The notes beneath the pieces were generated by a model that was not told where the DNA came from, did not search any database, and saw only the letters and a program-made list of their open reading frames with translations. From Basidiobolus meristosporus CBS 931.73 (Eukaryota > Fungi > Basidiobolomycota), in assembly GCA_002104905.1 (NCBI GenBank), contig MCFE01000028.1, positions 124,001-188,000 of the forward strand: 64,000 nucleotides of DNA, written 5' to 3'. The position numbers were made by a program, and so were the translations under genes. This document shows positions 12,285 to 25,232 of this stretch, piece after piece. Within the stretch, counting starts at the first letter, position 1; the number at the start of each line of letters is the position of its first letter.

Positions 12285-15200
12285 AAGTTAAAGTTCTGTG
12301 ACTAAGAGGTACTGATCTTGTCAGGACACTGTCCAGAGACCCTTGAAAAATAATTGCACCCCAGATTTACAAAAATCTTAGGTAAAATATTTCATCACAT
12401 CAATGTTAAATGGCTTTTGATTGGTTCCCTGCCAATTTGCTCACTTTCTGATCCCAGACACTCTATCACCTTCTACATTTGTGTGAGTTGATTGGCTATT
12501 GCCTCTGTTTCACACTCTGTCCTTCCTGACTCAATTGTTGCTCTTACTCTTCATGTGTAGAAACTGATTTTTTCCATTGAAACTTTGGTTGCACCTCAAT
12601 TAACAATTGCATTGACCTATACAAGTCTCTGTACCCTACACTGACATTAAGCCCAACCCCACACTCAACAAGTAGCTCCATTAAAATCTAGAACTCAATA
12701 AGTCTTTCTGCTGTAACACTCTGGTTTCACAACTTTGGCAGTAACCCAACAGCTTTATGCCACTGTTCATTCACTGGTTCCCACATTTTCTGGTCTTCAG
12801 CCTGCACTGCAAGGTCTAGCTCCTCATCTGCCAGTCTTTGTAATAAATGCTTTCAGTATTCCAGTGTGTTTTCTTGATCACTGCTTGTGAACAAGTTGTG
12901 CAACCTCTTGGTGTGCCTATTAATGTTCCAAAACTCCACTGAAGGCATTGTGATAGTCTTTCAAGCTCTTGATGTTGTAGCCATGTCTGTCAGTGGGATC
13001 TCCACTTTGTCAGCAGTGGAGGCTGTGGTAGACAAATTGCCTCTTTCAGCAAACTCATCTACCTTGCTGGAGTGTAGCTCAACTGGCTGCACTTCCAACT
13101 CTTGTGAAAACAGCCGTTTTCTTGTTGGTAATTCTTCTTGGCTATGATGGGATTCAGTCTGTTCCTGGCTTGCAGCATTAATTGGTAAGAACCACAGTTT
13201 TTTTTGCATGCCTACCTGACTCAGGCTTGGGTAGACATTTTTCCTTTTACCTTTTCCTTTATCACAGCCAGGTATTTCACTGCTATTTTGTCTGAGTGCT
13301 TCTTGTAAAGTACTATGCTTTATCTTGGATGAATTCTGCTCTGATGCATCTGTTTTGGCCTGCTTGTCCCTTGCTGGCACTCTTCTGGCACTCTTCTGGC
13401 AACCTGACATTTCTTTTGTGCTTGTTTTGGGCTCTCAACCGTAGTTGTGATGGGCTCCTGTAAAAGCAGCTGGTTTCTATCACTGCCAGGTCCTTCACTG
13501 ATACCTTGACTGGGTGCTACTTGAGTGGTAATATGCTTTTTCCTTGATAAATGTTGTGCTGGTGCATCTGTGTCTGCCTGCTTGTCCCTAATTAGCACTC
13601 TTCCAGCTACCTGACATCACTTTGATGCTCATCTGGAGCTTTTGGCCCTGCTTGTAATGGGCTCTTGAGGAAGCTGCTGGTTTTTGCCATGGCACCCTTT
13701 TCTACTGCCTTTGATAGTTTCTGCTATCCTAAAGATACTTTCTTAGCATACCAGTGCTGGCCCAAAATCTGTTTGCCCATTTGAATCCAGGATAATGCTC
13801 ATGAAACAAGTGAAGTGCATTCTGCTTGGCCTTATTTTTCTGATGGTCCCATGGTATGCCGGCCTTAAGGTGATGGCATGCTAGACTTCTCATGGCCTCT
13901 TGTATATTAGCCCACTCTTCATTATTGCACTCAGCAGCTTCATGGATCTTTGATGTCATTTGATTTTTAGGCTTTGGTATAAACACCACATTGTCTCCCT
14001 CCCATGCTGTGATAGGTTTTTCTGTGGGCTTTATCTCTGGGCACTGTTGCTGTGCTTCAAAGACTGTATGGTGTTGCTTGGCTGTTACATTGGCAAATGG
14101 CTCAATTCTTGGCTGTGTCATTGAGCTACTTGAGTTCCTTCTTTGCAGCAAAGATGCTGCTTTCTCCACCTGGGATATTGATTGCTCTACACATATTATC
14201 CACTCATCCTGTTTCTGAACTATTTCCTGATTTCTCTGGGCCAAGGCAACTATCCTATCAGCCTTGCACCTAATTGCTACATTAATTCTTTAGTTTGAGC
14301 TGACTATATACTTGCTAATATGGGTGGTGGTGATGTTATCATAGCCACTTGCTGATATGCAACTGAGGGTACTGCATTTGCTACATTCTCATCTGCCTGA
14401 GTATAACAGTCAGCTGGTGGCTCCACAGAGGTTCTCAATTGCCTATTTGACTGAGAGCCTATGGAGTCCGCATTTTTACCTTCTATGGGCACACTGTCCA
14501 CAGGGCCTTTTTTGGATGTAGCCCTGCTTGTGCACTGAATGTCAAAGCAAGCTGTTGTCCAACTGTTCTTCTGTTGCCATCAGCGGTGGGGTTTAGTTGA
14601 CAACCAGACAGCTTGGCTTTATTTTTTGGCAGCATATATATGGAAGTGTATCAAACCAAAGGGGAAATAGTGTTACATATACATGTGTATGTGGTGCCAC
14701 AACTTTATTTATAATGCTTACTATGGTGGGTCATCATTGAATCTTACATTCATGTAGATGCAATATCTCAAGTACAAGACTGTCTTAAGTTCACTTGGTA
14801 CTGACCAAAAAGTGATACAATAGCATTATGTTGTTGAGGTCAAACTGTTTGCCCCATGGACAAGACTACTTTGACTCAATGCTGTAAGAGAAGAGAAAAA
14901 AGACCATGTGGCTATTGTGGCAAGCCTCTCATCCATGAAGCACTCAGACAGCATAGGAAGTATTAAAAGGATCACAACCAGTCTTTTGCCACTCAAGTCA
15001 TATTTGACCATTCATTGGTCACTACTGTACCAACATTATCTTGCCAGCCAGTTGATACTTTTATATTGGAACCTGGCTGTCTTTGTCACCTTGTGCAAAC
15101 TGAATCAGGTGAGTTTGTGACACCTTTAGGCTCACCTCAGCCATCTGAATATGACATGCAGAGTGAAAGCTCTGACAAAGAAGGTTCACTGATGGATTTT

Positions 15201-16250
15201 GAGCCTATCACCCCTAACAACAGTACCATGTATGAGCCCAGTCAAATCCCTATATGCAATGAGACAACACCTGCTGAAACAAATGCCAAGGATACTTTAT
15301 GGAGCAAAGTGAGCCCCGTAATTCATCTACTGGCAAATCATGTAATGTTGTTGCTAGAGAGGTGGCATGTTTCCACTAATATCAGTAAAGGGGGCTTTGA
15401 GGATTTATTACCACTTCTTGCCAAAATCTTACCAGGGTGCAACTTATTATGTACATGGTACAATTGGATAACCATAATGCAGCTGGCAATGTATGATCCA
15501 GGGACTGTCCTGATTCCAGCATGTGTTAACAGTTTCATGGCATTCACATCCAAAAATGCTACCATTGCAGCATATCCAAATTGTCAGGAATCCACCACCA
15601 TTGAGGAATAACATTATTAACACTCTGGATATATTCTTGTCATACCCTGTCTGAGGAAGCTAATGCAGTACAACATATTTTGCAAAGCTATACAGTATTG
15701 TGCTCACTGTTAATCAAGCTCAAACATATACAATATATTTGATGGCAAACATTACAAACAGTTGAGAAGCAAGGGCTACTTTGAAGGTAGGTATGACCAT
15801 GCCTTAGCTCTAGCACATGATGGATTCTCATTAAACAAGCACTCTACCAGCAAATCCTGCTTGCCACTGATTCTCATCAATCTGAATCTACCGCGCATCT
15901 TATGGTATCAGAGAAATAATCTGATGGTAGCCTCACCGGTATCTGGACCTAAATCACTGGCCAACCTGGATATCTACCTGTATCCACTGCTGGATGAATT
16001 CTGCATGCTTTCCAGCAGGATAATAGTGAATGGCTGTCATGTAAAAGCACACATAATTATCTGCACTTGAGATACCCCAGCCATCTGCAAGATAGCAGGT
16101 TTTTCCAGGCACAATGGACGGTATTGTGGTCAAATGTGTGAGATCCAGGGGATTTACTCCATAACTCACACACATTATTATAACCCAAGCACCAGCACTA
16201 AGAACATCATCTTTCAACAGAGAGAATGTACAGCAGTAAGCATGCTATTG
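12285..16250. mobile_element. CACTA/EnSpm-like element, copy: accessory pseudogene on minus (ATG 14635 to ~12.9 kb) plus Tnp2 transposase pseudogene on plus (ATG 14856, truncated ~16245)
   Basis: Plus strand: CGYCGK.L, IPACVN.FMAF...CPNC, IFDGKHY, DGF.L....C.PLILINLNLP, YLYPLLDEF, which match my recollection of Transposase_21/Tnp2. Minus strand: MLPKNKAK... homologous to 29823-30419. No terminal inverted repeats identified. Confidence 0.78.
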
Positions 16251-16257
16251 CAGTAAA

Positions 16258-19200
16258 GTGTTATCATGGCCACTTGCTGGTCTTCAGCTAAGGGTACTGC
16301 ACTTGCTACATTGTCATCTGCCTGAACATAACAGTCAGCTTGTGGCTCTGTAGAGGTTCTCAATTGCCTACTTGAATGAGAGCCTGAGGAGTCTGCATTA
16401 TTACCTTCAATGGGCACACTGTCAACATGGTCTTTTTTGGATGTAGCTCCACTTGGTGAACTGAGTGTCAAAGCAAGCTGTTGTCCAACTGTTCTTCTGC
16501 TGCTGTCAGCAGTGGGGTTTGGTTGGGAACCAGACAAGTTTGCTTTATTTTTTAGCAGCATACATATTGAAGTGAGTCAAATGAAAGGTGAAATAATGAT
16601 TAATATACATTTGCCTGTGGTGCCACAACTTTATTTATACTCTTACTATGGTGGGTCATCATTGAATCTTACATTCATGTAGGTGCAATGACTCAAATAC
16701 AAGAGTGTCTTAAGTTCACATGAGTATTGACCAAAAAGTGATATAATAGCATTACATTGTTGAAGATCAAACTGTTAGCCCCATGGACAAGACTACTGTG
16801 ATTCCATGCCGTAAGAGAAGAGAAAAGAGACCATGTGGATATTGTAGCAAGCCTCTCAGCCATGAAGCATGTAGACAGCATAGGAAATATTAGAAGGATC
16901 ACAGCCAGTGTGTTGCCACACAAGTCATATTGACCATTTATGAGTCACTACTGTACCTACATTATATTGCCAGCCAGTTAATACTTCTATATTGGCACCT
17001 GGCCATCCTTGTCACATTGTGCCAACTGAGTTGGGTGAGTTTGTGATGCCTTTAAGCTCACCTCAGCCTTCTGAATATGGCATGCAGAGTGATAGCTCTG
17101 ACAAAGGAGGTTCACTGATGGATTTTGAGCCTATCTCCCCTAACAATAGTACTGCGCATGAGCCTGGTCAAACCCTAATATGCAATGAGGCAACACCTCT
17201 TGAAACAAATGCCAAGGACACTTTATGGAACCTTGTGAGCCCAGTAATCCATCTACTGGTGAATGATTTAACTCTGTGGCTAGAGAAGTGACACATTTCC
17301 ACTAATATCAGTAATGATGGCTTTGAGGATTTATTACTGCTTCTTGAAAAAATCATTCCAAGATGCAACTTACCATGTACATGGTACAAGTGGACAACAG
17401 TCATGTGGCTGGCAACACATGACCCAGAGACTGTCCTAATTCAAGCATGTATCAACAGTTGCATGGCATTCACATCCAAAAATGCTACCATTGCAACGTG
17501 TCCAAATTGTCAGGAATCCACCACCATTGAGGGAAAATATTGTTCACACTGTGGATACATTGTGGTAATACCCTGTCTAAAGAAGCTAATGCAGTCCAAC
17601 AAATATTGCAAAGCTATACAGTACCACACTCAGTATCAATCAAGCACAATGATATCCAATATATTTGATGGCAAACATTACAAACAGCTACAAAGCAAGG
17701 GCTACTTTAAAGGTATGTATGACCATGCCTTTGCTTTAGCAATTGATGGATTCTCATTCAACAAGTACTCTACCAGCAAAACTTGCTGGCCACTTTTTCT
17801 CATCAATCTGAATCTACTACCCATCTTACAGTATCAGAGCAAAAGTTTGATGGTGGTCTCACTAGTATCTGGGCCTAAATCACCTTTGTAGTGGGGTCAC
17901 AGTGACACACACTGACAGATGTGCTCATTGGCATATTTTCAACTTCCCTATTTCTCTACTACACTGATTTTAGTTTTATCCCTTTTGTCTTACTTGATCA
18001 GTATTATCCCATAAGCCAGCTGACTATCACACCTGCTTACCTTATTGCATAGGTTATCCCTCACTTGATGTATGATTACTAGCAGTAAGTGCCTCTATAT
18101 TAGGCAAGTACCCATGCCAGTACCTGTAACACATGATCAACTTGCATCAACATCCCTACCATATCTATACCATATATGGTACCCCTATGGTACACAGTTT
18201 TCTGAGTATTGATTCCTGATTGGTTGGATGTGCTGTGCCTCTCAGAACCTTCCAGCACCTACTTAGAATACTCTGAGCTTATTCTGATGTCATTCAGATT
18301 TCTATTGATCTCCAGAATCTTCTGGAACACCATGATTAGTAGTTACTTAGCCAGTGAGAAAAGTATATAAGGGAGGCAATCCCTCAACAATAACTCATTA
18401 TCCCTTTTATCAATATACCAACTTGTTGATTAGTGTGATCACTGCTACCTGCTGCTACCCAAACTTCCAACCCTAGACACAGGATACTCCCAGGAAACCA
18501 TGCTGACAGCCAACTGACCTTGGAGGCACTACTTGTGAGGAATACTCAGAGTTGGTATCTTTTATTATATTTGATTCTTTCCCAAGCTTGTTCTTGTACA
18601 GGCAAAGATACTTTTCTGTCTTTGTAACTATTGACCACAGTTGCATTCTTAACAAGTCCCTGTGGTGGAGTTTACAGTTTTTTTGACTTTGGAAACTTTA
18701 GTACATAGTCATCTCCAAGGATGCTGAGCCCAATACATACTTTTGTTAAGATGCCAACTAAGTAGGAGATTGTAGCTCAATAGTTTTCCCTTGACAAGCT
18801 TGTGACTTTATTCCCCATCACATTAGATTAGAGACAGAACCCAAGTATTCCTAGCAAGCTTTTGCCAGAGGTTATTGCATACAGTGAACACCCCACACAC
18901 AGAACACTTGAGAAGTGTTGGACATATCTCTCCCTTGAGCTTATACACCACCACACTATCCGAGCTGGATAGCTACCTGTATCCATTGCTAGATGCGTTT
19001 TGTATGCTTTTCAGCAAGATTACAGTAAATGGCTGTAATGCAAAAGTGCATATTATTATCTGCATAGGAGATACCCCAGCCATCAGCAAGATAGCAGGTT
19101 TTTCTGGGCACAATGGATGGTATTGCTGTTGAATGTGTGAGATCCAGGGGATTTACTCCATAACTCACACACATTATTATTATCCAAACACCAACACTAA

Positions 19201-21046
19201 GAATGTCAACTCTCTACAGAGAATGTACAGAAGTCAGCATGCAGTTGAAGCAAAGCTGGCAAGCTATAAGCCATTGGCCAGAATATGGAACCAATTGGAA
19301 ACTGGCAGTACTTAAGAGAGAGGGTATCTGTTCAAGCAAAAGCATTCCATTGGGAGCAATGCATTTGCTTTTAAACTATATCCCTATACTGATGATCTAG
19401 TAGTACATGGGGTATTTCAAGTAAAGTCAGCCCTTTGAGATACAGGATAAACTTGAAAGAATTGACAAGATATTACAGAGTATCTGCTACCCACAAAGCC
19501 AAATGTGTGGATCTTGGCTGCTACTGTATCCATTCACTACTTCATCTTGCTTGGTGTGTGATAAATATTGGGCCTTGCCTCACCTTTTGGGAGTATCTTA
19601 TGGAGCAGATGTGCCGGGAGATAGGAAGACAAGTCAAGTTGCAGGTACTACATAATCAGTTAAGTAATGCAAAGTTGAATTGGGTGCAGCAAGCAACTAA
19701 CTTTTATTAGGAAAACTCTACCAAGGTACACCAGATTTTGCATGGTTACTAGGCAACTACTACAACATTCAATTCAGAATTCACACAAACAAGAGCCAGA
19801 GTACACTTATAAGGGGGACTAGAATTCAGCAGGGAGAAGGAATCAATTGACTAAATACCATGAATTTCTATGCGGATATTCAGGAGGTATTCATAGCAGT
19901 AGTGGCAACAACCATGCATATGTTTGTTGGATGTGTGTGTTACCAGCAGTACAAGGTATATGACAACTATGCAAGTATCACATTAAAGAGCTGTAAAGTT
20001 GAGGTGATAGAAATATGTCAATTGTGGCAGGTGTGCATATTTGTAGAGGTTAGTAAGCAGCAGGCTATAGTTTTTTTTATTCAAACTATGTAAGGAATAC
20101 CCAAGGTAGTAGTGGGTAAGCAAATGAAGAGGGGGAATCTAAAGTGGAATATATGAATTACACAGGGGGAGGTAGAAAAAGGAAAGACCATTTGGTAAAT
20201 TTGTACAGTAGCATCAATCAGGATTAACTGTAGGCCACCATATTGCCTTGATAATGCCTTCAAATTCATGCTGTGAGGCTGTTGCTATACTGTCAAGTGT
20301 CTGCCATATAAGGCAATTGGATGTCCTGGCCAGTTAGATTGATTAAAACTGTTGTAGAGCATTACAAGACCGCAACAATGCCATTCAATTATTGTCACAG
20401 CACCAATCAGATCCCGTCAAGTTTTATAACTTTATTTGGCAGTAAAACCAGCAATATGCTGTTGTGATCTAGTCAAAAGATTGTCAAGAGGGTAATTAAT
20501 TCCAAGGTGCCAGTATTATGATGGTCCCCAAGTGGGATCCTGAATGGCTGATCTGGATTGGATCCACCCATGGGACCAAATTATTTTTCATTGGGGACAA
20601 CCAGGAACAGTTGGCAAATATGGAGGACAGATGTGTAAATGGAGACACCTACGCCTTTGACATTGAGAAGCTAAGTAGCCTCTAGCATAGAGATTAGTCA
20701 AGTATTACAAAGATGGGTTAGATGCAACAGGCAGCCAATATTTATTAGTACAATTTTACCAAAGTATATTGGTTTCTCCTGTCACAAGTCAATTTCTACA
20801 CCATTCAATATGGAACTTATACAAACAAGATCCAGGGCATACCTATAGGGGAAGCTAGAATCCAGCAGGAAGAAGGAATATATGGGCTACATATCTAAAG
20901 GTTCTTTAGTAATATTCAAAAGTTATTCATGACAAAGGTGGAGGCAACTGAGCATATGCTTGGAAGAAGTATTGTCAGCAGTGATACAAAGTTTATGGTA
21001 ACTTTGCAAATATCAAACTGAAGAGACATATGGTGGAGGTGATATA
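16258..21046. mobile_element. CACTA/EnSpm-like element, copy: 5' stub of accessory ORF (minus, ATG 16561), transposase pseudogene (plus, ATG 16783) split by an LTR-like insert, downstream region, and a further diverged C-terminal fragment from ~20.6 kb
   Basis: Same motifs (IQACINSCMAF..CPNC, DGFSFNK, GDTPAISKIAGFSGHNGWYCC.MCEIQG, HSLLHLAWCV.NIGP...WEY.MEQMC). 20640-21040 repeats the sequence seen at 32.8-33.2 kb. Confidence 0.78.
17887..18955. mobile_element. ~1.07-kb solo-LTR-like insertion inside the CACTA transposase
   Basis: Ends TGTAGTGG...CCACCACA. The transposase resumes exactly after it (AAATCA|CTATCCGAGCTGG). TSD is degenerate. TATATAA at ~18364. The right ~550 bp recur at ~25200-25759. 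Confidence 0.6.
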
Positions 21047-22862
21047 GGTTGTAAGAGTCTTGGAGATATTGAAAGTGATTGGGAGAACAAGTAGATTGTG
21101 TGTTTTACTTAATGATTTATTGAATATAATAGCTGTATTTATATTTTTGCATTGTCTTGGCATAACAAGCACATAGACTAGACTAAGAAAGGTCCTAAGA
21201 GCATATGTGCAAAGTCTGGGGCTGTTTAGATAACTTTGAGAATTTTCATGTTCTGGGTACCTGGTATTTTGATGAAAATATTGCAAGTATATTCCAATAA
21301 GGAATATGGTAAGTATTTTCTAGCATTTGAAGGTAATGATATAAGCAACTAAGTTAGGTGAATAATTAGGTGGAACTACAAATTCTTACAACACTCCCAC
21401 TAAGCTAAATGCTCATACTGACTAGTCCTAATTTTGTCCTAAGATATTCAAACTTGTCTCTAGCTAATGGTTTGGTAGATATATCTGCAATCATTTCATC
21501 TAAAGGACAGTAAACTAAGCTAGCTAAGTTATTCTCTATAGCTTCATATATGAAATGATGTCTAATATCTATGTGCTTAGTTCTAGCATGAAAAGTTGGA
21601 TTTCTACCTAAATGTGTACATCCTTGATTATCTTGAAATAAAGTACTAGGCGTTTTTTAACATAGGCCTAAATCTGTTAAAAGATTTCCTAAATACATTG
21701 CTTCTTTTGTAGCTTCACAGGCTGCCATATATGCTGCCACTGTGGTAGAAAGTGCTACAGTTGGTTGCTTTCTTGAGTTCCATGAAGTTGCTGCTTTACA
21801 GTAAAGAAAAGTGTATACTGTGGTGAATCTTTGGTCCTCCAAGTTTTGTCCCCAATCAGCATCAGAGTATCCCTCAAGAGCCTATTTTGAATCCTTATAG
21901 GTGTATCTTAAGTAGATATCAGCAGTTGCTCTTAGGTATCTAAAAATCTACACAACTGCTGCTATATGATCTGATCCATAGTTCTGATTATGTTGGCTGA
22001 CAACTCCCACTGAATATGGGATATCTGGATGTGTTCCAAGCATGATATTCCTCAGACTGCCAGCCATATATTGATAAGGAAAGTCAGGCCTTTCAGAAGG
22101 TACCAAGCTCTCTTGATTTGGTGGAGTTATGACTAAGCTAAGGTTTGTCTCCGTTGGGGTAGATGCTGGTTAACAGTCTTCCATTTGATACTTGTATAGT
22201 GTATCTTGAATACACCTGATTTGGCTTAGGGTAATAGTCTGGGTATTTCTGTCTATGAAGAACTTAATCCCTAAGTAGTAACTGTGTTCTCCAAGATTGG
22301 ACATTTTGAACTCCTAGATAGGCTGGATTTAGTTGCTTCTAATGTTGCTAGATTATTGGTGGCTATAATAAGATCATCCACATATTGAGCTAATAGTACT
22401 TGACTTACTCTATCTGGCTTATAGTATATAGAAGAGTCAGCATTACTTCTTTTGATACTCAGAGATTCCAAATATGAATCTATATTGCAATTCCAAGCTA
22501 TTGGTGATTGTTTGAGACCATATAGAGATTTTTTAAGCTTACAGACCAAATGGGGGTTATCCTGGTCAGTAAACCCATCAGGCTGGTCCATATACACATC
22601 TGCATCAAGCTCTCCATTCAAAAATGCTGTTTTTACATCCATTTGATGAATAAAAAAACATACATTTGGTGGCAATAGCCAATATTGATCTGATGGAATT
22701 AAACTTGGCTACCTGTGCAAAGGTCTCACCATAGTCAAGTCCTTTTGTTTGAGAGTATTCTTTGGCCACAAGTCTTACTTTGCATCCTTCAATTGTACCA
22801 TCAGCTTTGTGCTTTGTCTTGAAGACCCATCTGCATCCAATTGATCTTAGGTTGATTGTCAA
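21047..22862 (-). mobile_element. Ty1/copia family A, copy 3 (3' LTR, RNase H and RT only)
   Basis: Antisense LTR at 21047-21393, PPT complement, then [26 protein letters not shown] and WVFKTK. Truncated at ~22862. Confidence 0.9.
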
Positions 22863-23232
22863 CAAAATATTCATGAAAATAAATACATATTAAAAGTGTG
22901 CAATCTGTAATAAGCATTGAAGATTTAACTGTTTTGCATGCTGGACTAATATACTATCCAACAGTATATGCACTTATGTTTAACTTAATTGAACAGGAAA
23001 CTTGTAATTTAATGTGCATATCTACTTAATAATATGCCTAAAAGTTAGAATGATCAAATCCCCTACAAGAGATTAATGTGATGATCCCATCAAATGCCAT
23101 TACATACTTAAAGTCCCATGACTAAGAGGTACTGATCCCATCAGGACACCATGTGGAGGCCATTGAAAATAATTGCACCCTAGATTTCACAAAAAACATC
23201 ATCACAAATAATAGCAATTCAAAGCAATTGCA

Positions 23233-24465
23233 TCATCTTCTCCTGGGTTTTTTTCTCACAGGGTTTACTACTGAGGCATTTGGTAGTGACTCACTTTGCA
23301 CACCTATACTACTTGCTGGCTGATTATCATCTTGGCTACATGTATATTTGTAGTCAGTATTTTGCCTCCTAGTTGATGAGTGCAATGCTGCAGCTTGGCC
23401 ACGCTCAGTTGCTCCAACTGAACCAACTGAACCGGCCTGGAGTGCCACATGCAGACGCGTTCTTTTACTTGCCAAGGGCTCTGGTGGTTGAGGCACTTCA
23501 TGTTGGTCATCATTATTCAGTTCACTAGAAGTAACTTGCTGATGGTCAGGCAAAATGGCATGCGCAGGCAGGACTTGACGCATTGAGATGGCCCTTGGCT
23601 GAGTTCAATGTGAAGCTGCATGTTGATGCAACTTGGTCCGCTCCAATGGACTTAAGTCTAAATGAGCAGTTTGGCAAGTTCTCGTAGTTTTGCTCTGAAG
23701 CACGCACGTTGACTCAATGTGGGGTGTTCTGGTAAAGGGTGTTGGCGTAGTCTGGACTGACATGTGCCAGCACGCTGTGGTTGCAAGAGATGGTAAGGAA
23801 TCCAGCAAGGCATGCTGGCGCAATGTGGACAATGTTGCTTGCGGTCTGTATTCTTCCTCCTGAAGCTCACCATCTGATTCCTCATGGTATTCACTTACCC
23901 TCTGTCCAATACTTTGGGGCTGTTGCCTGGATGAGTCCTGTGTATATTGCTCTTGGAAGCCACTTAGCTTTACTAATATATCATGTAGTACATTAGTCAT
24001 TTGAGGCAAAAACTCATTCAAAATCTCTTTGGTTCCCAAAGTTGAGGCACAAACAGATGCATCCAGCCCATACTGTGCATACTGCACGCAAAATTGTTCC
24101 TGCGTGGCTTCTTCATCAAATCCCCTCACTCTCAGCTCATTCTTGATTTCAATACTTGTCTTTTTATGTATCTTCTTACATACATTGGCTGGCATCTTGA
24201 TGTAGAACTCATGCCACAGTTTTCTACTCAAATTCTTCCATCTTTGTTGACTCTCTGAGGTATCTAGTTCTGCTAGATTAATCAGTAGTGCCCAAATATC
24301 TGTATGAAGGCTCATCATAGACACTTGGGCCATACTAAAATCATCTAGCAAGAACTCAAACGGATCCAACATCAACTTTTCCGGTCCGGACCGCGTTTGT
24401 GAGCTGGGGGATGGGTTTTGTCTGGGTTGTACTAAAGATGAGTTGAGGCTTGGTATGGGGACCAT
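23233..24465 (-). pseudogene. ~410-codon ORF with one in-frame TGA (23605-23607) and a C-terminal NLS-like RKKPRRR; candidate Myb/SANT-like partner of a Harbinger transposase
   Basis: ORFs 23605-24465 and 23233-23583 are in the same frame, separated by a single TGA plus 7 codons. Contains QQRWKNLSRKLW, resembling a trihelix/MADF third helix. The Myb call is inference. Confidence 0.45.
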
Positions 24466-24824
24466 AGCAATGGATTTGGATACTTATACAGCAGTATATT
24501 GCCATCAACCTGGTCTTATAAGAATTATATATGAAAACTAATGTGATTGCTGAATTTACCATATATTATGCATGATGCGTCTTGGATTGAGTTGACACAG
24601 ATCAGATCACATCAATTGCAGATTTCCTATTTGATTATAGACCTATGAGTAATGCATCAATAAAAGTACCAAGGCATTGTTTGCGGATGATTTTTGCAAC
24701 ATAATGATGGAATACATGGCAATTGAACGAGATTTAATCATAATGCATTAAAAATCAGATAAATAACGCAGATTGCACCAAATCAATTCAAACCACCTCC
24801 ATACAATCATCCACCAATTTTAAT

Positions 24825-25232
24825 ATGACTTACTCATCTGAATGGTCTTTTCTCATCAATCCCATCACTACCACTGGATTTCCTTTTGACACACTAGAGG
24901 AGATCTATTCCAAGTACTGTGAACCACCTACCCCAATCTACTCAAGGAGATCCCTTGTTAAGCTTCTCTGCTATTACAAGAACTATTGCCCTACAAGGTT
25001 TCATCCCCCCATCCATGGCAACAAAAGTCCTAGAAGCTTTCACTCCCAGCTGACAGCAATGGAGAACTACCTTGCAGAGTGTATGAATGACTTAGAGCAA
25101 GCTTGGAATACTAGGTTCAGAAGCTCCACTAGACTTCCATATCCCAGAGTGTTCAGCAACAGGTTCTATATCAGGAGTGTTTTGGATACCTTCTCAGTGA
25201 GGATACCTTTTATCAATATACCAACTTGTTGA
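24825..25232 (+). pseudogene. Probable N-terminus of a PIF/Harbinger (DDE_Tnp_4/ISL2EU-like) transposase, truncated by an LTR-like fragment
   Basis: LVKLLCYYKNY..T, S..SFHSQL..MENYLA....AW..RF, then IRSVLDTFSVRI, which resembles the first catalytic Asp motif (IIDCF/T). Homology to 18400-18955 begins right after. Confidence 0.42.

Noticed and set aside
23120-23200. Tc1/mariner-like WGAIIF motif on the minus strand of the shared module
   Set aside because: Six residues only, with stops nearby and no other DDE motif.
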